From Prevotella sp. (lineage in GTDB: Bacteria > Bacillota > Clostridia > Christensenellales > UBA1242): a DNA stretch of 64,000 bases. Within the stretch, counting starts at the first letter, position 1; every line of letters begins with the position of its first letter. The notes under the pieces were generated by a model. That model did no database searches, was not told where the DNA came from, and saw only the letters and a list, made by a program, of their open reading frames with translations. Location: positions 16,579 through 80,578 of the forward strand of contig JAMPCO010000001.1 in NCBI GenBank assembly GCA_023666145.1. The letters are read 5' to 3'. Positions 30,101-38,200 of the stretch are shown piece by piece. The translations under genes were made by a program, and so were the position numbers.

Positions 30101-30309
30101 TGTGAAGTTAATTCAGCAACTTGTTCAAAAAATGCAAAGTACTCATCACGCTTTGAGGTTTGCGAATCCGTCGTTGCCATCACGCCGCAAGACGTAGTAC
30201 AAGACGCAGCAACTGTTAAGTGGGTAACATTGACCACCGCCACAATGGCACAGAGCAAACCTAGTGGCAACCACAGAATTTTTTTTAACTTATCCCCCAT
30301 TGTTATCAT
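27127..30309 (-). CDS. Large cell-surface S8 (subtilisin-family) serine peptidase with InlB-B-like repeats and a C-terminal TM plus ~60-aa cytoplasmic tail
   Basis: Catalytic triad contexts AVLDTGID, HGTHCAG and SGTSMATPHV. Three HGT(I/T)..(Y)GY(R/E)(V/L) repeat domains. TM IIIWGGGGLIAVILFGSSAAMLIIAF. Confidence 0.85.
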   Translation of the reverse strand: MITMGDKLKKILWLPLGLLCAIVAVVNVTHLTVAASCTTSCGVMATTDSQTSKRDEYFAFFEQVAELTSQHSIDKNAVVFFDKTQDLATDDNGNYVVTEQTFTDLTGIVPNELPTTKKQRLKSRANDVPVYDLNELAAQTGYHVTSGAQNMILSRSFAAKRLMIYSTTSDLDPYGAVGALSYGELHIHQYATEVATSEAYNYYLTRSDVTNVCADSMCWVEDTVESINDMVTLGWDDSFSYYSWGAKEMGVSGYSQYLTNTVKAVNNDFTALPEVVVAVLDTGIDTDHPWFKNRLLVDENGKYIGKNYTDKVSETEYDFEDDQGHGTHCAGIIRDMTLSNVKILPLKFMQATEDGRATGSTVHALLAVTYCMQIREQYNLVAINMSFGSESTDDPNSSEAALKRLIESAYQAGIYSVAAAGNESENVSNHSPGNCERCVTVSALKNNPLCFDTSYSNFGDLVDVCAPGTSIESAYIGGGTATMSGTSMATPHVVAYIALLKSDPTHNYSMTDIDQILMGTYDGLESIIDLDASANWDSVLATEGKDQMYGYGMPTLAHAYPDYLSVDVIASEHGTTSLLGYNIFPNTDSVTITFTPDYGYRVENIYINGIRLYTENDISKEFTFTNKLISHDTKIKVEFAINQYLIIATAGEHGTITPVGEITVAHSDNVVFHIEPEYGYRLSAIKIDDVALTRMESETQYILSNVTEPHSIAFEFVMLEVITYTVNHYWEPIYDLSDIDHNYKYELHESETLSGYAGLFTEISAKNYPGFTAQEISQRIIETDLVMNIFYTRNIYTLTVDTVTFNESTQAFASISGTGNYLFGSSVELVPTMKIGFENYLWSVDECDDAEFLQNFNTNSSQQSFTMPASNLTLTAYANRKTFLITIQVEGNGKVSPKQTTVKYGDSVVLEFTPDDGYEVKTVYRDGIDLKFNRTSYPINAITASTDIKVVFDKQNPTENSEAINWTDIIIWGGGGLIAVILFGSSAAMLIIAFTGKKTVVHKTNQTPVITPENRLLVALEYITGRESDFINFCHQNQIDYKSQYRQSVIQFYNAHHKDN

Positions 30310-30327
30310 AAGTAACGACTTAATTTG

Positions 30328-30356
30328 ATTATCGCGGAAAATTGTCCGATTGTCAA
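30328..30356 (-). promoter_or_regulatory. Promoter candidate for the S8 peptidase gene
   Basis: On the minus strand: TTGACA (30356-51), 17 nt, GATAAT (30333-28). Confidence 0.55.
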
Positions 30357-30366
30357 TGAATTTAGA

Positions 30367-30395
30367 TTGACAACAAAAAAAACATCCTGTATAAT
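30367..30395 (+). promoter_or_regulatory. Consensus sigmaA promoter for tRNA-Asp
   Basis: TTGACA (30367-72), 17 nt, TATAAT (30390-95). The tRNA 5' end lies 10 nt downstream. Confidence 0.75.
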
Positions 30396-30405
30396 CATAA
30401 TGTTT

Positions 30406-30482
30406 GGCCCGCTAGCTCAGTTGGTTAGAGCGCATGCCTGTCACGCATGAGGTCGACAGTTCAAGTCTGTTGCGGGTCGCCA
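30406..30482 (+). tRNA. tRNA-Asp (anticodon GTC) with encoded CCA
   Basis: Hand-folded cloverleaf: acceptor GGCCCGC/GCGGGTC (one G-U), D arm GCTC/GAGC, anticodon stem CATGC/GCATG with loop CTGTCAC, T arm GACAG/CTGTT with TTCAAGT loop, discriminator G, then CCA. Confidence 0.9.
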
Positions 30483-30487
30483 AAAAT

Positions 30488-30727
30488 TTAAGCGTTAGTT
30501 TTACTCTTACTTTGATTAGAAGTTGCTTTTTGTTGTGTAGTACTATTGTTTTTTTGGTTTTGACGATTGATTTTTTGCCCAGTAAATTGGGCTCCCGTAT
30601 CATCAATCCACCCTGCTAAACTGTTGCTCATTTCAATGAAAGTATTTTTAATACTGGCGCCAATTTTTTTCATCGGGTTTGATTTTTTTTGTTTTTTCTG
30701 CGTTGTATTGCTTTTGTTATTTTCCAT
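30488..30727 (-). CDS. Possible small K/Q/N/T-rich protein (uncertain)
   Basis: The ORF MENNKSNTTQKKQKK...GWIDDTGAQFTGQKI... has no clear SD. It is low complexity and could be spurious. Confidence 0.3.
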   Translation of the reverse strand: MENNKSNTTQKKQKKSNPMKKIGASIKNTFIEMSNSLAGWIDDTGAQFTGQKINRQNQKNNSTTQQKATSNQSKSKTNA

Positions 30728-30890
30728 ACACTTAGTATGTATCGGCGGTGTCAAAATATACTTCTCAACGCATAAAAGTACTTATGACATCTAATCTTGA
30801 TTTTTACGACAGCGCCGAAGCCAGTAAACTTGCCCAAGCCTATCAAGACAATGACAAGCAACAACATCGACCCGATTGGTTATTTTTAAT

Positions 30891-30919
30891 TTGCTTATTT
30901 TGGTTGTTAAAGTTATAAT
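30891..30919 (+). promoter_or_regulatory. Promoter candidate placed for a leaderless glyA transcript
   Basis: TTGCTT, 17 nt, TATAAT (30914-19), then 6 nt and the ATG at 30926. Confidence 0.5.
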
Positions 30920-30925
30920 TGGCTA

Positions 30926-32110
30926 ATGAATAAAATTCAACAATTCATCAAAGCAGAAAATAAACGACAATGGAGCAAAATTAACTTAATCGCCAGTGAA
31001 AATATTGCCAGCAAAAACGTCATGCGTGCCATGGGAAGTTGCTTGACCAACAAATATGCCGAAGGTTATCCAGGCGCACGTTATTATTCAGGATGCGAAA
31101 TCGTTGACCAAGTCGAAAATTATTGCCGCGATTTAGCGTGCAAATTATTTGAAGCCGAACACGCTAACGTACAACCCCACTGTGGTTCGTCGGCCAATAT
31201 GGCGGTTTATCACGCAGTGTTGAAGCCTGGAGACACAATTTTATCTATGTCTTTGGATGCAGGCGGACATCTTTCACACGGCGCCAAAGTTTCATTTTCG
31301 GGTAAACTCTACAACGTGGTGAATTACGGCTTGGATGCAAACGGTGTTTTAGATTACAAAAATTTAGAAAAACTTGCTAAAGAACATAAACCCCAGTTAA
31401 TTGTTGCTGGATGCAGTGCTTACAGTTTAATCATTGATTTTGAGCGCATTGCCAGAATTGCCAAAACCGTTGGTGCGATTTTCATGGTCGATATGGCACA
31501 CTTTGCGGGTCTAGTCGCGGCTGGCCTTTACCCTAATCCCGTGAAATGGGCAGATATTGTCACCACGACCACTCATAAAACTTTACGTGGTCCACGTGGT
31601 GGTATGATTTTATGCAAACAAGAATTTTCCAAGGTAATCGACAAAGCGGTCTTCCCTGGTTGTCAAGGTGGTCCGTTAATGCACGTGATTGCGGCCAAAG
31701 CGGTTTGCTTGGAAGAGGCATCCACTGCATCTTATCGTCGGTATATGGAAAAAGTAGTCCAAAACACCAATTACTTATGTGAGGCATTGAAAAAAGATGG
31801 TATCAAAATTATTTCGGGAAAAACACAAACGCATATGTTTTTAATTGATTTGCGTGATACCAATAAGTCAGGACGCCAAGTGCAAGACGAATTGGAACAA
31901 AAATTTGGTATCGTCGTTAACAAAAACAAAATTCAAGATGACCCCCGCACTGCGGTTGAAACCAGCGGCGTTCGTATCGGCTTACCATTTATTACCAATT
32001 TGAAAAAAGTCAACCATAATGTTTTGGATGAAATTAAAGATTGCATTGTTTCTGTGGTTTTGGAACAACCTGAACCAGTCTTAAAATACATTCCCAAAAT
32101 TTTCAAATAA
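30926..32110 (+). CDS. glyA: Serine hydroxymethyltransferase
   Basis: The PLP-lysine context TTTTHKTLRGPRGG is present, with family-wide similarity. Confidence 0.9.
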   Translation: MNKIQQFIKAENKRQWSKINLIASENIASKNVMRAMGSCLTNKYAEGYPGARYYSGCEIVDQVENYCRDLACKLFEAEHANVQPHCGSSANMAVYHAVLKPGDTILSMSLDAGGHLSHGAKVSFSGKLYNVVNYGLDANGVLDYKNLEKLAKEHKPQLIVAGCSAYSLIIDFERIARIAKTVGAIFMVDMAHFAGLVAAGLYPNPVKWADIVTTTTHKTLRGPRGGMILCKQEFSKVIDKAVFPGCQGGPLMHVIAAKAVCLEEASTASYRRYMEKVVQNTNYLCEALKKDGIKIISGKTQTHMFLIDLRDTNKSGRQVQDELEQKFGIVVNKNKIQDDPRTAVETSGVRIGLPFITNLKKVNHNVLDEIKDCIVSVVLEQPEPVLKYIPKIFK

Positions 32111-32971
32111 TTAAATTTCTTTTGATTTTTTATTCGCAGATTTAGTGGTTTTTCCCGCTTGGCTAGTTTTGGTCTTTGGTTTTACCGTAGCCATTGATTT
32201 AGATTCATTATTTGCAGTTGCTTTTTGGTACAAGGTTGGTAAACCGCTTAAAGTTTCAAACATTTTTTCGTTAGTAGCCGCAACATGATAAATTGGATCA
32301 TCGTTGGTATAACCGCCAGCCATTTTTACCAAATACATACCAGGAGTAAAATCCCAGACTTTTTGATTCCGTAAAAAGTAGCCACTTAAACGTCCTGCCG
32401 CTACCCAAGCAAGGAACACCGAAGATGCCCCCATCCGACGGTAACAATAGCCAACGTCTTTTTTCATTTGCATCAATAATGGAAATTCATCACCGCCTTC
32501 AACGGCATAAACAGGTGTATGTGCTTGGTGATTTGGCGAAATTTCCAGATGTTCTCCGTTCAAAAATGCTCCATCACAATCGGCATAATATAGTTCGTTT
32601 AACTTTGGTAAATAAATCGCAGCGGAAATTACTTCACCACCTTCCATCGCGGCAATCTGGATTCCCCACAAAGGGATTCCAACAGCAAAATTTTTGGTAC
32701 CGTCAATCGGGTCAATAATAAAGTATTTATCGTTTAGGTATGGTTTATCACCTTGTGATTTTGTATTACGATCAGGATTAAACTCTTCACTGATAATATC
32801 AAATTCAGGATATTTGTGATTTAATTTTTCGATTAAAAAACTTTCAACATCTTTGTCGATGTCGGTTACGATATCACCGAAATTATCTTTGGCATAAACA
32901 TTAAATGATTTATTGGTTATTTTTGCGGCTTGTTGGATGATTCCGCACAAGAATTTTGTAATTTTCTGCAT
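32111..32971 (-). CDS. Inositol monophosphatase (SuhB/IMPase) family protein with a Lys-rich C-terminal tail
   Basis: ISEE, DPIDGTKNF and WD..PG motifs. The last ~40 aa are K/T/S-rich. Confidence 0.75.
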   Translation of the reverse strand: MQKITKFLCGIIQQAAKITNKSFNVYAKDNFGDIVTDIDKDVESFLIEKLNHKYPEFDIISEEFNPDRNTKSQGDKPYLNDKYFIIDPIDGTKNFAVGIPLWGIQIAAMEGGEVISAAIYLPKLNELYYADCDGAFLNGEHLEISPNHQAHTPVYAVEGGDEFPLLMQMKKDVGYCYRRMGASSVFLAWVAAGRLSGYFLRNQKVWDFTPGMYLVKMAGGYTNDDPIYHVAATNEKMFETLSGLPTLYQKATANNESKSMATVKPKTKTSQAGKTTKSANKKSKEI

Positions 32972-34098
32972 ACAACCTTAGTATAACAATTGTCTACCAG
33001 GATGTCAAAATTTAATTTTTTTTCTTCTGCAATAACGGCGGTTAAATTGGGTTTGATTGTAGGATGCGACGGGACAAAGACAGTACAACAATCTTCATAT
33101 GGCAAAATGCTGGTTTGATAGGTATCAATTTGTTTTGCTAAATGAACAATTTCGTCTTTATCAAAACAAATTAAAGGTCGCAAAATTGGTAACTGACGCG
33201 CGACGAAGTTATTACTGGTGATGCCTTGAATCGTTTGACTGGCGACTTGGGCTAAATTTTCACCTGTGATAATACAATCGGCACCGTGCGCAAGTCCAAT
33301 TTTTTCCGCCAGCGCAATCATAAAGCGACGCATTAAAGTGATGGTATATTGGTCATGGCAGTTTTTTTGAATTTGCGAACCAATTTCGGTAAAAGGTACG
33401 ACGTATAAATTACCCGTATTCCCATACGTATTGACTTGCTGGCAAAGGGTAACGACTTTTTGCAATGCTAATTCACTGGTATACGGCGGTGTCGTAAAAT
33501 GGACGAAATCGACCGCTAACCCACGTTTCATTGCTAAAAATGCCGCGACTGGACTGTCAATACCACCCGAAATTAAACAAATTGCACGCCCCGAAACGCC
33601 GACAGGCAGTCCACCTAAACCACGCTCACAAACCATTGAAACAAAGGCTACCCCGTTGTGTCGAATTTCAATTTGAATTACGGTATTTGGATTTTGTACA
33701 TCAACAACGGCTTGTGAATTGTGTTTCAAAATTACGTCACCACATTGGGGCGCAAAAATTGGACTTTTAATCGGAAAATTTTTATCAGCACGGTTAATTA
33801 CAATTTTAAATGTTCCGGTGATACGCACTGTCGCTAAATAAGCCAAAATATTGTCAGGAGTTTGGTAATTAACCGTTTCACAAACACGGATACTGGTCAA
33901 CCCAAAAACTTTTTTCAAACGATCAACAATCGGTTTCTGATCAGTAAAATTACTAACCACGACGCGTGTATCTGTGACTTCAGTTTTAACCGTCGGTGGT
34001 AATAATTGCCGAATATTTTGTGTTAACATACGCAAAAAATAGCCGCGGTTTGCCCCTTTCAAATGAATTTCACCGTAACTGCAAACGATCACGCTCAT
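32917..34098 (-). CDS. thiI: tRNA 4-thiouridine synthase ThiI (no rhodanese domain)
   Basis: THUMP-like N-terminus, PP-loop SGGIDSPVAA and YEDCCTVF. Confidence 0.85.
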   Translation of the reverse strand: MSVIVCSYGEIHLKGANRGYFLRMLTQNIRQLLPPTVKTEVTDTRVVVSNFTDQKPIVDRLKKVFGLTSIRVCETVNYQTPDNILAYLATVRITGTFKIVINRADKNFPIKSPIFAPQCGDVILKHNSQAVVDVQNPNTVIQIEIRHNGVAFVSMVCERGLGGLPVGVSGRAICLISGGIDSPVAAFLAMKRGLAVDFVHFTTPPYTSELALQKVVTLCQQVNTYGNTGNLYVVPFTEIGSQIQKNCHDQYTITLMRRFMIALAEKIGLAHGADCIITGENLAQVASQTIQGITSNNFVARQLPILRPLICFDKDEIVHLAKQIDTYQTSILPYEDCCTVFVPSHPTIKPNLTAVIAEEKKLNFDILVDNCYTKVVCRKLQNSCAESSNKPQK

Positions 34099-34529
34099 TT
34101 ATTTTTGCGTGCCTCAATTTTGGAAAGAATTTTTTCTGCTTTCTTTTTATAGGGGTTATCAAGATAAAAATCAAAATCGTTCAAAGCCTGATCTAAATTC
34201 ACATTATGATCTTGATTGAGCAATTGAAAAAAATCATTTTGCATATCTTGGTCGTCTGCTGACAAAATATAATTTAATAAATTGGCTAAACAAATTTCGG
34301 GATTGTAATTCGGGCTGTAACGTTCCGCCGAAATTTCGGTTGCCAATGATTCAATCTTAGTCAATTTTTGTGCTGCATTATTTTCTGTCAGTCCAACACC
34401 GTTTACATCGTTGTTGTCAATGTTTTCGTCTAATGATGCCACAACATAAGAACGCGGAAATGGAATCACCAAAGATTCGAACTCCTGGTCAAATTCATTG
34501 ATTAACTGATTTAAGTAAGTGTTTGTCAT
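34095..34529 (-). CDS. Acidic hypothetical protein
   Basis: 144-aa ORF lying between lgt and thiI in the operon. No motif recognised. Confidence 0.5.
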   Translation of the reverse strand: MTNTYLNQLINEFDQEFESLVIPFPRSYVVASLDENIDNNDVNGVGLTENNAAQKLTKIESLATEISAERYSPNYNPEICLANLLNYILSADDQDMQNDFFQLLNQDHNVNLDQALNDFDFYLDNPYKKKAEKILSKIEARKNK

Positions 34530-35307
34530 TTTGCGATATTTTCCCCTTTTTATTTAAGAATAATAATACCACACCTGCGACACATAATGCAATACTTAAA
34601 ACAAAAGAAACTCGATTAAATACAAAATCTGCCGTGGTTCCTGGGAACAATAAACTATCAGTTCGCATCGGTTCAATTATCGCGCGGACAATACCATACC
34701 AAATTAAATAAACTGCGGTTGTCGTCCCAATCTTTTTTCGTTTGAAGAAAACTGTCAGCAGCACCCAAAATCCAATAAAATTTAGGATGCTTTCATAAAA
34801 AAAAGTCGCTAAGTGATATTCATGCAGCGCATCAATGTACACCGTAAACGGAAAACAATGCCAATCGGTGGCAACCCCAAAGGCTTCTTGGTTGAAGAAA
34901 TTTCCCCAGCGACCAATACTCTGTCCCAAAATCAATGACGGAACGACTAAGTCGGTGATTGCAAAAACGCTACATTTTTTAATTGTGCAATAGATAATAA
35001 TCCCCAATAATCCACCGATTTCAGCACCATAAATGGCGAGACCTTGTAAACCACCATTGGAAAAATCAAAAAAGTCTGCCATGGTCAGTTGATCCGAAAA
35101 AAGAATATAGTAAAGTCGTGCACCGAAAATGGCCAACGGCACCAACAATAGCACCAAAATATACGGAAGATTGCTGTTATAACCCTTTTTGCGACATAAA
35201 AAATCACACAAAATAATACCAATTAAAAGTCCACTCGCGATAATGACACCATAATAAGCGATATGACAACCAAAGATTTCAAATCCCACAATTTGATTAT
35301 ACCACAT
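34495..35307 (-). CDS. lgt: Prolipoprotein diacylglyceryl transferase
   Basis: Polytopic membrane protein with the GRWGNFFNQEAFG motif. Confidence 0.9.
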   Translation of the reverse strand: MWYNQIVGFEIFGCHIAYYGVIIASGLLIGIILCDFLCRKKGYNSNLPYILVLLLVPLAIFGARLYYILFSDQLTMADFFDFSNGGLQGLAIYGAEIGGLLGIIIYCTIKKCSVFAITDLVVPSLILGQSIGRWGNFFNQEAFGVATDWHCFPFTVYIDALHEYHLATFFYESILNFIGFWVLLTVFFKRKKIGTTTAVYLIWYGIVRAIIEPMRTDSLLFPGTTADFVFNRVSFVLSIALCVAGVVLLFLNKKGKISQNDKHLLKSVNQ

Positions 35308-35317
35308 AGAATAAAAT

Positions 35318-35674
35318 ATGGAAGTGAAACGCGGCGAAATTTATTTCGCTAATCTCGGTGACAGCAGTTGCAACCTGAACAGCGAACAGGAAGGCTTTCG
35401 TCCCGTTTTAATTCTCCAAAATGACATTGGCAACAAATACAGCCCTACCGTCGTTGTGGCTTGTTTAACATCCAAAATTTACAAGCATAAAATTCCGACC
35501 CACGTGATATTAAGCGCAAAAGATTACGCCTTAAATTGTGACAGTTTGGTTTTATGTGAGCAAATTAAAACTATCGATAAAATACGATTACGACACAAAA
35601 TGACCACGATTAACTCTACCGACCAACAACGAATAGACCGCGCAGTAAAATTAAGTTTAGGACTTACCAATTAA
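35318..35674 (+). CDS. mazF: MazF/EndoA (PemK family) mRNA interferase toxin
   Basis: Aligns along its whole length with Bacillus EndoA as I recall it: VKRGEIYFA, FRPVLILQNDIGN, SPTVVVACLTS, IPTHV, EQIKTIDK.RL. Confidence 0.85.
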   Translation: MEVKRGEIYFANLGDSSCNLNSEQEGFRPVLILQNDIGNKYSPTVVVACLTSKIYKHKIPTHVILSAKDYALNCDSLVLCEQIKTIDKIRLRHKMTTINSTDQQRIDRAVKLSLGLTN

Positions 35675-37535
35675 AATTACGTTCACGGTAACCGCCAAAA
35701 TAGCCTAATTCCATTAAAAAACTGCTGGGGATAGTACGACTGATTTCGCCGTTCAAAAAACGTGAACGTGCATAAGAGATGTTCAAATTGCGCATGGCAC
35801 GCGTGATTGCTACGTAAAGCAAACGGCGCTCCTCTTCCAAAACAGCATCTTTGTATTGTGATTTATACGATGGAAACAATCCGTCTTCCATACCAACGAT
35901 GTAAACGTTTTTGAATTCCAAGCCTTTGGCGCTATGAATGGTGGAAATAATCACATGGTCGGTTGCATCGGGATTTTCGCCACCTGCCAAAGTAACTGTT
36001 TGCAAATAATTACTTAAATCTGCGGCAGGATTAACAAACGCAAATTCGCGAATTGATTGGCACAATTGATAAATGTTTTCTAAACGGTTTTCACTGTCGT
36101 CTTTTTCGTTTTCATAATAATTTTGTAAGCCTGTTAAATCAACCAATTCATCCGCTAAGGCGACCAATCCTTGTTCCAATAGTGTTTGCATTTGACGGAT
36201 AATGTTGACAAAATATTGAATCGCATTTTTAGTTTTGGTAGTGATTCCAATGTCGTAATGTTCGATTTGGTTAATTACATGGTATGCAGTTAAATTGTGT
36301 TCACGCGCATATGATTTTATTTTTGTATGGCAAGCCTCACCAATTCCACGTTTGGGGAAATTGATGACATTAAATAAGGCTACTTCATCGTCTTGATTCA
36401 CCAACAAACGTAAATAATCCAAAACGATTTTAACTTCGGCGCGTTCATAAAATTTGAAACCACCCCACACGACGTAAGGGATGTTGTAATAACGTAAGGC
36501 TTCTTCAAAGCGGCGGGAAACGGCGTTAATGCGCATGAGAATTGCCGAATCCGACCAAGCACCACCATTGCGGCGATGTTCTAAGATATGGCTGATGATA
36601 CCCTGCGCTTCCTGTTTATCATCGTAATAATCTTCATAATTAATTAAACCATCATTAATATTGCTATATAACTGTTTGGCAATCCGGTTATTATTTTTCG
36701 ACACTAAACCACTTGCCAATTTGACGATATTACCCGAACTGCGGAAATTTTCTTCCAAACGGTAAATTTGCACTTCGGGAAAATCGGTTTGAAAGCGGTT
36801 AATATTTTCCACACTGGCTCCGCGCCAAGAATAGATGCATTGGTCTTCATCCCCCACCACCATGATGTTGCGGTGTTTTTGTGCCAACAATGCCACAATT
36901 TGATATTGCGTTTCGTTCGTATCTTGGAATTCGTCAACTAAAATGTATTGAAAATAGTTTTGCAATTTAGTGCAAACATCTGAATTTGTTTTCAACAAAT
37001 TCAGAGTTTCTAACAATAAATCGTCGAAATCATAGGCATTATTTTTTTGTAACTGCTCACGATATGCCTGAAATATTTCCACCAAAGCATCATGGTTGCT
37101 GGTAAATTCGACCAACCCAGTATTTTTCCAAGTCGACAATCCCGCTACCGCAGCCTTGTACAATTCACTGTCGACTTCATGGAACATTTCTTTGATGATG
37201 TCTTTTAAGACTTTATTTGTATCCGCCGTAGCATAAATTGAAAAATTCGGCTTGCCACTGTGTTTACGTAAAATGCGGACGCAGAAACTATGGAAAGTGC
37301 CAATAAAGGTGTTAAACGAACGACCGAGCAGTTTTTCCACCCGTTCCCGCATTTCATTTCCTGCTTTGTTCGTAAACGTTAAAGCCACAATTGAACGCTC
37401 TGGGATTCCATTTTGGATTAAATGCAAAAGCCGATTAGTTAAGACACGAGTTTTGCCTGAACCAGCCCCTGCCGTAACCAGCATTGGTCCCAGAGGAGCA
37501 GTGACAATGATTGATTGGGCTGTGGTTAATCCCAT
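35664..37535 (-). CDS. pcrA: UvrD/PcrA-family DNA helicase (short, 623 aa)
   Basis: Motifs AGAGSGKT, VDEFQDTN, TIHSAKGLEF and YVAITRA. Confidence 0.85.
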   Translation of the reverse strand: MGLTTAQSIIVTAPLGPMLVTAGAGSGKTRVLTNRLLHLIQNGIPERSIVALTFTNKAGNEMRERVEKLLGRSFNTFIGTFHSFCVRILRKHSGKPNFSIYATADTNKVLKDIIKEMFHEVDSELYKAAVAGLSTWKNTGLVEFTSNHDALVEIFQAYREQLQKNNAYDFDDLLLETLNLLKTNSDVCTKLQNYFQYILVDEFQDTNETQYQIVALLAQKHRNIMVVGDEDQCIYSWRGASVENINRFQTDFPEVQIYRLEENFRSSGNIVKLASGLVSKNNNRIAKQLYSNINDGLINYEDYYDDKQEAQGIISHILEHRRNGGAWSDSAILMRINAVSRRFEEALRYYNIPYVVWGGFKFYERAEVKIVLDYLRLLVNQDDEVALFNVINFPKRGIGEACHTKIKSYAREHNLTAYHVINQIEHYDIGITTKTKNAIQYFVNIIRQMQTLLEQGLVALADELVDLTGLQNYYENEKDDSENRLENIYQLCQSIREFAFVNPAADLSNYLQTVTLAGGENPDATDHVIISTIHSAKGLEFKNVYIVGMEDGLFPSYKSQYKDAVLEEERRLLYVAITRAMRNLNISYARSRFLNGEISRTIPSSFLMELGYFGGYRERNFNW

Positions 37536-37547
37536 GCCAACATTATA

Positions 37548-37958
37548 CTACATTGACATGGTTTGACAATTAAACTGTCGCTCTTTTTCATAACGTTCTC
37601 GGTATTCTTGCAGTTTGTTGCTTAACCCAAAGATGTAACGTTGACGTGCCCCTTCATTCATGGTTTGGATTAAACTTTGGTCCATCAGCGCTGCCAAAGC
37701 ATTTTCCCCGTCCCCAGCATCAAAAATGGCTTTCACCCGTTTATATTGGGCTTCTTCAACGGGGTTAGATACTGCCGCTAACTGTTGCTTAGTGTGGTCA
37801 ATCAGAAATTTCTTTGCCGCGCCTGTGTCTGCACCTTGATTTTTGAGAATGGTTAAGGTTTGTTTGCGGCGCAATTTTTCTTCCTGCCAAAATCCTGACG
37901 ATAATCTTTTATAAGCCAAGCGAGCCATTGTTCTTAATTCCGAACCATCCATACTCAT
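37548..37958 (-). CDS. Hypothetical helical protein
   Basis: ORF upstream of pcrA. The ATG at 37958 follows a GGGGGA SD; the ORF track starts at the TTG at 37973. Confidence 0.5.
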   Translation of the reverse strand: MSMDGSELRTMARLAYKRLSSGFWQEEKLRRKQTLTILKNQGADTGAAKKFLIDHTKQQLAAVSNPVEEAQYKRVKAIFDAGDGENALAALMDQSLIQTMNEGARQRYIFGLSNKLQEYRERYEKERQFNCQTMSM

Positions 37959-38076
37959 TTCATTTTCCCCCAATGATTAAAATTTTTTGGTATTTCTGTT
38001 GTTAAGTAATCATAAAAAATGTGTAGATAATTGTCTAATCAAATCGTTCAACAAATTTCGACAAAATCAACACAAC

Positions 38077-38105
38077 AAAAAGCGACATGATGATTTCAAT
38101 GTCGC
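38077..38105 (-). terminator. Rho-independent terminator after the 22-codon ORF
   Basis: On the minus strand: GCGACAT, 10-nt loop, ATGTCGC, followed by TTTTT. Confidence 0.7.
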
Positions 38106-38131
38106 AATTTGTTATGTGTGGCTTTTAGCGA

Positions 38132-38200
38132 TTATTTAGCCGCTGACGAAGTAGTTTTACAACATGTTTTCGCCTTGCTTTTTTTTGCAGCCTTTGCCAT
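38132..38200 (-). CDS. 22-aa Lys/Ala-rich micro-ORF (MAKAAKKSKAKTCCKTTSSAAK)
   Basis: AAGGAGGTG lies 4 nt upstream of the ATG. The ORF has a TAA stop and its own terminator 27 nt downstream. It is below the ORF-track size cutoff. Confidence 0.5.
   Translation of the reverse strand: MAKAAKKSKAKTCCKTTSSAAK

Noticed and set aside
23200-30482. Genomic island integrated at tRNA-Asp
   Set aside because: The accessory genes lie on the 5' side of the tRNA. I found no direct repeat of the tRNA 3' end and no integrase next to it.
30567-30794. 75-aa hydrophobic + strand ORF
   Set aside because: It is the mirror image of the K/Q-rich minus-strand ORF over poly-A/T tracts. Neither ORF is strong, so I kept only the minus-strand one at low confidence.
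30784-30918. 44-aa ORF (MTSNLDFYDSAEASKLAQAYQDNDKQQHRPDWLFLICLFWLLKL) upstream of glyA
   Set aside because: It has no SD. Its 3' end overlaps the glyA -35/-10 candidate, and I can assess no conservation. Treated as probably non-coding.
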